From Octopus sinensis (Eukaryota): a stretch of DNA of 64,000 nucleotides. The stretch spans positions 15,252,001-15,316,000 of the forward strand of contig NC_043025.1 of the NCBI RefSeq assembly GCF_006345805.1. Direction: 5' to 3'. Positions within the stretch are counted from its first letter, which is position 1. Each line of letters begins with the position of its first letter. A program made the position numbers and the translations under genes. A model generated the notes under the pieces. The model was not told the DNA's origin. It saw nothing but the letters and a program-made list of their open reading frames with translations, and searched no databases. Shown here piece after piece: positions 59,848 to 64,000 of this stretch.

Positions 59848-61783
59848 GGAGTAAACACATAAATGTGAAACAAGGTGGAAAAAAAGAGTACTCAAATACC
59901 AGAGGTAGAGTAATATGTTTTATTTAAAAGCAACAGAAATTCAACAAAACCTGTTACTCAGAGTTTCACGTTCCCGTTCGTCGGACAGTTTTATATATAC
60001 ACACACACTTATATATGTATATAGCATTGTTACAGGGTTTTTAAATTTGGCTATTTTCCTTTGTGTAACATGCTTTTTCCCTTTTCAGCTCCTTGTCACA
60101 ACTCTCACACACAATTCTTGATGACTCGGCATTTATCTAGTTTCATTGGTGGTGGTGGCACAAGTGTGCCATTGTGATTTTCAGTGCCTTAGAGACCCTA
60201 CTTTAGTTGCTCTGGTTCCATGGAATTTCCAACTTCTGCCCTGTCTGTGTGTATCTGTGTGTCACAGACACCAGTCCATTAAAGCAGTGAATTGCTGCTT
60301 CTTTGAGTTCACCAAATTGTCCATTCTTTGGTACCCTCATATCATACACTCTCTGATACTATCATCATTTAACATCTTCTTTCCCCCCCCCACACACACA
60401 CACACTGTGTTGGATGGAGCGATGGGAACCAACAAGCCGGAGGGTTGCACCAATCTCCAGTATCTGCTTCGGCAAGGTCTCTTTGGCTGTTCCTAATGCC
60501 GACCTCTTTACACAGTGGACTGGGTACTTTTTCTTCTATGTTACTGGCACCCGTGAGGTGACCAGATACCCAAGGCAAAGCCCCTCAACCAAGTGGAGTT
60601 TTGTATTGAACGATATGAAAGTATGATAAAGAGACAAAAACAAGGGTCTTGCTGAAGTGGGGAATCCTTGGTGTCTCCCATTTGCAAAGAAAGAGGGAGA
60701 TGTAAGGTTATGGTACAAGAGAGAGAGAATAAGAGCAGGGCTGTGGTTCTCAGATATTTTGTTAGCAATGGACCCCTTTGGTGCCTCTTTTACCTGACTG
60801 GACCCTCATAGTCTTCTATTGGTCTCTTTTTGTTGCACCACTAAGTTATAGTGACGCCAACAAACCAACCCTGTTTATCAATCTCAGTTAATGTGAAGCT
60901 TCATAAGTCTTAAGCTACTGGTTTAAAAAATTTTGAAATGTGCATCATATATGATGCATGGACCCCAGGGAAATATGTCCTGGGTATCACGTGATAAGAA
61001 AGGACAGGCAAAAGGTGTAAACGAAAAAGATCATCATCATCATTGTTTGACCGTGGTTGAGACAGTGGAATTTACCATGCTACGCCAGACTTCACGGTCC
61101 ATCATAGCACTACGGAGGGTCCTGTTGCTGGATGCCTGTATCCCTGGAGATTACATCAGGGTAGGAGATTACATCGGATCCTACTACTGGTAAACTGTAA
61201 ACCAGTACAACCTGTGTCAGTGGGGAAGAAAGGGCTTCTTAGCCATAGTGAAGGCAATCTGTCTAGGGAGATAACCTTACAACAAATCACTCGGTCCATA
61301 GCTTAGAAATACTGGGTTGACGTCCAGCGGGAACAGCTTTGTTTCATGGAGGAGGAAAGATCTTCTTTAGTGCTTGGTTGTACAATGCTTTCCAATGTGT
61401 GTAGTAGCAGCGCTCGCACACATTATTAGCCATTTGAAAAGACTGTGGAATTTACAACGAAAACGAAGTGGACCAGCTTTTAAATTTGGTTAAAGAAATG
61501 GTTGTGTCATGGAGATGTAATTAGTCCAGTTTCAATGCAAAGCCACAGGTCAAGTCATTTCCTGTTAAACAAGGACAACACCCCAACGTTTGGTGTTCTC
61601 CTTAAATTTTCTAATCTCTGAGGTTTTTTTGTTTCAGGGAGGTTTGGGGGTATTGGGATCTTTCTTTCTTTTTTAACTGTCAACTAACGTTGGTTTATTT
61701 TGTGCCAGGAACTTGATGTCATAGAGAAACAAGACCAATCTGACACAGAGCAGGTACCGATTCCCAAATTCCTCACCACATGA
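2435..61783 (+). CDS. HIP1: Huntingtin-interacting protein 1 family (HIP1/HIP1R/Sla2), 5'-partial spliced CDS: join(2435-2520,3984-4056,5571-5663,7858-7936,9552-9640,11256-11324,20600-20737,32750-33155,36127-36216,36810-36896,39297-39404,41050-41115,43963-44144,46016-46105,48291-48353,49394-49494,51975-52204,53074-53135,53926-54039,61709-61783)
   Basis: All 20 exons have AG/GT boundaries and compatible phases (2301 nt, one open frame). The product has FDETFG..FNF, a long coiled coil with [16 protein letters not shown] (DLLRKN-NAEVTKQ equivalent), then I/LWEQ hallmarks [47 protein letters not shown] and [12 protein letters not shown]1 versus HIP1R cannot be separated; probably the single invertebrate orthologue. 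Confidence 0.93.
2599..2996. mobile_element. Merlin-like MITE
   Basis: About 29-bp TIRs gatcttttc..ttga.cggcagttttt; TSD actcttca. Confidence 0.75.
3984..4056 (+). CDS. HIP1: HIP1 exon [24 protein letters not shown]
   Basis: tgttgcag|...GAG|gtaagg; phase 2-0; start of the coiled coil. Confidence 0.92.
5571..5663 (+). CDS. HIP1: HIP1 exon [31 protein letters not shown]
   Basis: gttgttttag|...AAG|gtaagg; 93 nt, phase 0-0, heptad pattern; not in the ORF track. Confidence 0.85.
5871..7122. repeat. 138-bp inverted repeat pair (5871-6008 / 6985-7122)
   Basis: cacttag.tcgaggga.ctttttgttttccctcttcctgcaag... on both strands. Confidence 0.85.
7858..7936 (+). CDS. HIP1: HIP1 exon [26 protein letters not shown](K)
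   Basis: ctctcgttag|...GAAA|gtaagt; phase 0-1. Confidence 0.88.
8024..8650 (-). mobile_element. Two tandem copies of tRNA-derived SINE family S3 separated by (TA)n. Related heads at about 3195-3532, 10640-10943, 47340-47598
   Basis: Head gtggaggcgcaatggcccagtggttagggcagcggactcgcggtcgtaggatcgc.gtttcgattccc. Confidence 0.8.
9552..9640 (+). CDS. HIP1: HIP1 exon [29 protein letters not shown]
   Basis: tttcttcag|...GTC|gtaagt; phase 1-0; equivalent of ANEQRYSKLKEKYSELVQNHADLLRK (clathrin light chain binding region). Confidence 0.93.
11256..11324 (+). CDS. HIP1: HIP1 exon [23 protein letters not shown]
   Basis: ttgtcttgtag|...AAG|gtacga; phase 0-0; equivalent of NAEVTKQ. Confidence 0.87.
11560..11805. 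repeat. (ATT)n/(ATC)n microsatellite
   Basis: Direct reading. Confidence 0.97.
12150..13255 (+). mobile_element. Cluster of 5-6 co-oriented copies of tRNA-derived SINE family S2 (one nested)
   Basis: Repeated tggcagaa..gttagc..ggttcaaattc..gactttgcctttcatcctttcggggtcgataa.taagtaccag; the central block recalls Meta-domain SINEs (unverified). Confidence 0.75.
13325..13534. repeat. About 210-bp hairpin palindrome
   Basis: About 100-bp arms, 9-nt loop tttgagacc. Confidence 0.95.
14559..14634 (+). mobile_element. 76-bp ends-only Helitron
   Basis: 5' tatatataaagctgaagttg shared with 23237; 3' cccgagcaacgccagg..ctgCTAG|T. Confidence 0.65.
14805..15295 (-). mobile_element. RTE LINE 3' fragment (ORF2 end plus UTR)
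   Basis: ORF 15046-15267 WFGHV...RPRKMWK..LKNDLR.LNL joined to the common UTR repeat. Confidence 0.8.
16260..16676 (+). mobile_element. CR1-clade LINE 3' end
   Basis: SYEERLK.L.LYSLE..R.RGDLI...RLRGH...FS.RV...WN.LP C-terminal motif followed by a short UTR. Confidence 0.85.
16915..18505 (-). mobile_element. RTE-clade LINE, 5'-truncated, frameshifted RT
   Basis: Minus-strand ORFs [56 protein letters not shown], and C-terminal RGRPRKTW. Confidence 0.92.
18982..18993 (+). CDS. Candidate 12-nt microexon ISEE
   Basis: ttggtctcttag|ATCTCTGAGGAG|GTAAGT; perfect donor; phase 0-0 between phase-0 flanking exons. Confidence 0.5.
19365..19566. mobile_element. hAT MITE
   Basis: TIR cagtgcttttcaa/ttgaaaaccactg; exact 8-bp TSD acctaaac. 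Confidence 0.85.
20600..20737 (+). CDS. HIP1: HIP1 exon [46 protein letters not shown]
   Basis: Coiled-coil coding; donor CAG|gtttgt; acceptor is the second AG of ctagtag|AAG; weak pyrimidine tract, so the 5' edge is less certain. Confidence 0.72.
21594..21760. repeat. 30-bp minisatellite, about 5.5 copies
   Basis: gacaaa(c/t)gtggacatctggtagaa(a/c)aatat. Confidence 0.95.
22545..22747. mobile_element. hAT MITE (same family)
   Basis: Near-identical to 19365-19566; TSD decayed (gtatacag/gtatatgt). Confidence 0.8.
23237..23547 (+). mobile_element. Non-autonomous Helitron
   Basis: A|TC 5' end, subterminal hairpin ccc(a)agcaatgctggg, CTAG|T 3' end. Confidence 0.75.
24620..25352 (-). mobile_element. 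L1/Tx1-like LINE 3' end
   Basis: Minus frame [18 protein letters not shown] (CCHC-type knuckle remnant), then CLVAVA.EVIWWTR..KVRVER...WVNVA; T-rich UTR. Confidence 0.7.
25601..25744 (+). CDS. Candidate Ala/Pro-rich cassette (or alternative first) exon, 48 aa
   Basis: gacag|GCTGCT...TATGAG|gtaaag; 144 nt, open, phase 0-0, inside a phase-0 intron; long (CT)n upstream. Confidence 0.35.
28267..28689. mobile_element. Merlin-like MITE
   Basis: GGATC...GATCC ends; exact 8-bp TSD tcttcatg; GG termini with 8-bp TSD fit Merlin. Confidence 0.8.
29150..30211. repeat. Palindrome, about 400-bp arms around a (TATAGA)n spacer
   Basis: 29150-29551 is the reverse complement of 29801-30211 with few differences. 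Confidence 0.95.
29767..29803 (+). ncRNA. Minimal type I hammerhead ribozyme motif
   Basis: CTA CTGAAGA A GTTGC-AAGAA-GCAAC GAA AATT T TAG: canonical core, 5-bp stem II, palindromic stem III, 3-bp stem I; U at position 17. Confidence 0.6.
30525..31070 (-). mobile_element. RTE LINE 3' fragment
   Basis: Similar to 16960-17400 (ggtcttcctgggtctacctcttcca...), plus UTR modules. Confidence 0.8.
31961..32644. mobile_element. Merlin-like MITE with about 200-bp internal inverted ends
   Basis: Same TIRs; exact 8-bp TSD ctttgttg. Confidence 0.8.
32750..33155 (+). CDS. HIP1: HIP1 large coiled-coil exon [13 protein letters not shown]...[12 protein letters not shown]
   Basis: (ct)n...gaccgacag| and ATCG|gtaaga; 406 nt, phase 0-1, E/K/Q/L-rich. 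Confidence 0.9.
33190..33520. repeat. (CT)-rich tract directly after the 406-nt exon
   Basis: Direct reading. Confidence 0.95.
34314..35500 (-). mobile_element. Tc1 (DD34E) DNA transposon, decayed
   Basis: 30-bp TIRs cag(t/g)ggttggacaaaataatggaaacacct; minus-strand transposase remnants [20 protein letters not shown] and [12 protein letters not shown]. Confidence 0.9.
36127..36216 (+). CDS. HIP1: HIP1 exon (E)[29 protein letters not shown]
   Basis: ttttcag|...GCAG|gtaagt; phase 1-1. Confidence 0.88.
36372..36600. repeat. 22-bp minisatellite, about 10 copies
   Basis: gtctgagtgc(g/a)ggctttggc(a/g)g. Confidence 0.95.
36810..36896 (+). CDS. HIP1: HIP1 exon (D)[28 protein letters not shown]
   Basis: gtattttag|...ATTT|gtaagt; phase 1-1. 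Confidence 0.88.
37430..38420. repeat. About 1-kb pyrimidine-rich compound minisatellite
   Basis: Modules ccctcttaccctcc followed by tgacc / catcc / tgtcc. Confidence 0.95.
39297..39404 (+). CDS. HIP1: HIP1 exon (S)[35 protein letters not shown]
   Basis: (ct)n tttcag|...GAAG|gtaaga; phase 1-1; equivalent of LLHSITLLAHLTSDAIAHG.AT. Confidence 0.9.
40599..40982 (-). mobile_element. Non-autonomous Helitron
   Basis: On the - strand: A|TCTCTC... to cccgagcaacgcagggcgatactgCTAG|T. Confidence 0.75.
41050..41115 (+). CDS. HIP1: HIP1 exon (E)[21 protein letters not shown]
   Basis: cttctccag|...AAAG|gtaatt; phase 1-1. Confidence 0.87.
42228..42265 (+). ncRNA. Decayed minimal hammerhead motif
   Basis: TCTTT CTGTCGA A GAGC-GTAG-GCTC GAG ACAT A AAAGA: stems I and II intact; core has A6>T and A14>G; stem III ACGT>ACAT. 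Confidence 0.4.
43828..43854 (+). CDS. Candidate 27-nt microexon (V)NQAAKIDE or alternative upstream acceptor
   Basis: ccctgtcttgtttgcag|TG...GAAG|gtgtct; phase 1-1; in frame with the exon at 43963. Confidence 0.35.
43963..44144 (+). CDS. HIP1: HIP1 exon (D)ENSVLAQF...LLPK...[24 protein letters not shown]
   Basis: cttgttgcag|...GAG|gtaggt; phase 1-0; LGDLVDKEM..TSAAIE.A..RIE motif. Confidence 0.93.
46016..46105 (+). CDS. HIP1: HIP1 exon [30 protein letters not shown]
   Basis: tttttgtag|...CAG|gtcagt; LEVNE.IL..CT.LMQ motif. Confidence 0.94.
46393..46720. repeat. About 330-bp AT-rich hairpin palindrome
   Basis: Centre aaatatac-ttactata-gtatattt. Confidence 0.9.
48291..48353 (+). CDS. HIP1: HIP1 exon [21 protein letters not shown]
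   Basis: tattttccag|...CGG|gtaagt; I/LWEQ domain. Confidence 0.94.
48511..48745 (+). mobile_element. Young S2 SINE nested in an older S2 copy
   Basis: 18-bp TSD ggtacttgattttattga (48493-48510, 48746-48763). Confidence 0.85.
49394..49494 (+). CDS. HIP1: HIP1 exon [33 protein letters not shown](M)
   Basis: ctattgcag|...CAT|gtaagt; I/LWEQ block with WTEG. Confidence 0.95.
50620..51330 (-). mobile_element. Helitron RepHel helicase fragment
   Basis: ORF 50795-51124 YP.EFINSL.PSGLPPH.L.LK.G..VMLLRN...NGT...IPRI.L.P......[14 protein letters not shown] (PIF1-like). Confidence 0.9.
51975..52204 (+). CDS. HIP1: HIP1 exon [18 protein letters not shown]...GANAIEER
   Basis: gttgttccag|...CGAA|gtaaga; phase 2-1; THATCH core. 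Confidence 0.95.
53074..53135 (+). CDS. HIP1: HIP1 exon (S)[20 protein letters not shown]
   Basis: ctcctccccag|...AAG|gtgagt; MDFS.L...K.QEM motif. Confidence 0.93.
53500..53850 (-). mobile_element. RTE 3' UTR repeat with (GAT)n tail. Further copies near 35-230, 560-1037(+), 4884-5150, 7400-7570, 11815-12127(+), 15660-15815, 18590-18950(+), 35930-36080(+), 43200-43560, 46810-47000, 49580-49900
   Basis: Shared core ggttggcgttaggaagggcatccagctgtagaaac...aacccatgctagcatggaaagcggacgttaaacgatgatgat; this copy runs into the ORF2 stop region seen at about 16975. Confidence 0.8.
53926..54039 (+). CDS. HIP1: HIP1 exon [38 protein letters not shown]
   Basis: ttaattaacag|...GAG|gtaagt; latch/dimerisation helix. 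Confidence 0.93.
54183..54379. repeat. About 200-bp hairpin (duplicated at about 56259-56454)
   Basis: gaagttgaaaatgcactg.gaatagttaaaat and its reverse complement. Confidence 0.9.
54431..55669 (-). mobile_element. Tc1/mariner-superfamily transposon (DD37D/maT-like), decayed, copy 1
   Basis: TIRs caggctgcgtaaggtatttgagga / tcctcaaataccttacacacccta; minus ORFs [23 protein letters not shown]...PYVFQ and [10 protein letters not shown]; subfamily call from recalled motif similarity. Confidence 0.85.
56506..57747 (-). mobile_element. Same mariner-like transposon, copy 2 (part of the tandem duplication)
   Basis: Near-identical to 54431-55669. Confidence 0.85.
58641..58949. repeat. About 310-bp AT-rich hairpin
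   Basis: ttttatcaattcaaaatgaacaattaaattacaccatctag... and its reverse complement. Confidence 0.9.
61709..61783 (+). CDS. HIP1: Probable terminal HIP1 exon [24 protein letters not shown]
   Basis: tttattttgtgccag| phase 0; acidic tail; TGA at 61781-83; internal CAG|gtaccg at 61753 could be a donor; AATAAA near 62168. Confidence 0.6.
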   Translation, partial: ELDVIEKQDQSDTEQVPIPKFLTT

Positions 61784-62346
61784 CCCTCTCATCCTTCTCC
61801 TCCGTGACTTCTCTTTTTTGCACTTCATTGCCTTCTCCCATCTCAAACATGCTTACAGATGTGTGTGTGTGTGTGTGTGTACACAGTAAAATATGCATGT
61901 GTATACACACTACATAAACGTGGGTACACGTGCACAAACAGATGTTCAAGGTGACCCATCAACATTTTAATGTCCACCTTTTCATGCTTGCATGGATCCG
62001 ATGGCATTCACAGAGGCAGAGCCTTGATGATGGGATGCCCTTCCTGTCACCTACCCTCACCTGTTTCCAAGCAAGGTAATATTTCCACATGGCTTGACAT
62101 GATCTTGCAGAAGATTGGAAATGAATGGCATTCATTTTCAACACTCACACACACACACACACACACATAAATAAATAAATAATTTCAAAGGGTGACAAGT
62201 TCAACAAGTTCTGTTCAACCACAGAAAATATTTAATCCATAATCGTTAGACGGATGAAATATACATTGTGAATCATCTCACTTCTCAACCAGTCAAAGAT
62301 TAAACAGAATGTGTTTTGCCAGAGTAATCACTATAAATTAAATACA

Positions 62347-62390
<44 letters not shown>

Positions 62391-62392
<2 letters not shown>

Positions 62393-62671
62393 AAAAAGGA
62401 AAATACGCACACTTACATAGTTTTAATATAATTTTTAATATATCGACCGGTTTCGCTATTGCTATTCATATTATGTTTTACTTACTTGAATATATATATA
62501 TTTTTTTTTTCTTTAGAAGATATTTGGTCCAGTTTGGTCCAAATTTCTTCTTAAGAAAAAAAAAATATATATTCAAATAAGTAAAACATATCATGAATAG
62601 CAATAGCGAAACCGGTTGATATATTAGAAATTATATTAAAACTATGTAAATGTGCATATTTTCCTTTTTTA
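62391..62671. repeat. About 280-bp hairpin between (TA)n tracts
   Basis: About 125-bp arms, loop ...tttggtccagtttggtcc... Confidence 0.9.
62588..62622 (+). ncRNA. Minimal hammerhead-like motif with A3-U8 core variant
   Basis: ATATC ATGAATA GC-AATA-GC GAA ACCGGT T GATAT; mirror copy on the - strand at 62440-62474 has a GUC triplet. Confidence 0.5.
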
Positions 62672-62677
62672 ATTTCT

Positions 62678-62717
<40 letters not shown>

Positions 62718-64000
62718 TACATGCATAAATAGAATAGGTTTCTTTTCAGTTTCCATCTGACAAATCCATCAACAAGGCTTTGGCTGAACTTGGGCTTTCA
62801 GTAGAGAAAACTTGTCCAAGATGCTGTGCAGTGGAATTGAACCATGTGGTTGGGAAGTGAACAGCCAAACTTATGTGTATATACACACACACACACACGT
62901 GTGTGTGTGTGTAAAGCCTTATATCTGTACAGTATATGTTGGAGATGTTGAAAAGAAACCCCTAAAAGAAGTCACGAACCCACCCCCTTTCGTCCCCTGA
63001 TTGTTTTGGGAATGCTGACAATATTTCTATCCTGCATGCATTAAACAGTCAACCCTAACCATCATCCACTTCTCCTTCACCGTCACTGATATGACCATCA
63101 CTCCTCATATGTTTGGTCTGGTATTTGGATGTTATACGTGTGTGTTTAGGATTGTTTTATCTTTTATTTGTTTCAAGTCACTGGGCTGTGGCCATGCTGG
63201 GGCAGTGCACTGCCTTGGAGGATTTTCTCCATCAAATTGGCCCCAGTACTTATTTTGTTGTTTTTTATCCCTAAAGTCTGGTATATATTCTGTCTCTTTT
63301 GGCAAACCGTAAAGTTACCGGGATGTCAACAAACCAACACCAATTGCTGAGTGGTGAGGAAAGCTGACAAACAGAATTGTATGTGTGTATGTATGTATAT
63401 ATATGTATATATATATATGTATATATATATGTATATATATATATGTATATATATATATGTATATATATATGTATGTATATATGTATATGTGTGTATGTGT
63501 GTGTATGTGCATGTACACACACACGCACACAAACGTTTATGTTCTGAGTTCACTTTCCACCAAGGTTAGCTTTACTTCTCATCCTTTCGGGGTCAATGAA
63601 ACAAGTACCAGTTGAGCCCTGGGGTAGATTTAATCGACAACAGCCTTTTGCCTGCAGTAGAAAGGATTATTATTATTACCTAAAAGAGATCCCAACCATT
63701 ATTGCTTGTCTTTATTTTGTGAGTTCTTTTATCACCAAAGTCACTGATGCGTGTCTGGTTTTCATGCATCGGAAACAAGAGTTCCTTTCCAACTCACCAA
63801 TCCTTTTACCAGGATCTCTTTACACACTCCACCAAGATTTCCATCAACATTTCATTATTCTCTCTCTCCCTCCCCTCTCTCTCTGTCTCATGCTTTTTCT
63901 CTTTTGTGCTTCATCTCTTTCTCCATCTCCACTTGTGTGTGTGTGTGTGTGTGTGTGTGTGATTGTTCTTTTCAGGTCATCTCTCTAATCAAGGTATTCA

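Overview
Eukaryotic, repeat-rich genomic DNA, most likely from an octopod cephalopod (inferred from the SINE/LINE repertoire, not provable from the sequence). The window is the 3' two-thirds of one + strand gene of the HIP1/HIP1R/Sla2 family (endocytic coiled-coil plus C-terminal I/LWEQ-THATCH actin-binding domain). Twenty GT-AG exons (2435-61783) splice in frame to about 766 codons; the ANTH-domain exons lie upstream of the window. The introns hold tRNA-derived SINEs, RTE/CR1/L1-Tx1 LINE fragments, Tc1 and mariner-like transposons, Merlin-like and hAT MITEs, Helitrons and microsatellites. Most interesting: (1) long head-to-head palindromes in AT-rich/(TA)n context, several carrying minimal hammerhead-ribozyme motifs near their centre. 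In one the predicted cleavage site coincides exactly with the arm boundary, and another shows a compensatory A3-U8 core, which points to a Penelope-like or retrozyme-like mobile system. (2) Several frame-preserving candidate alternative exons in HIP1 (12-nt and 27-nt microexons, a 144-nt Ala/Pro-rich cassette). (3) A near-perfect 2.08-kb tandem duplication that may be an assembly artefact. All alignments were made by eye; no database search was run.
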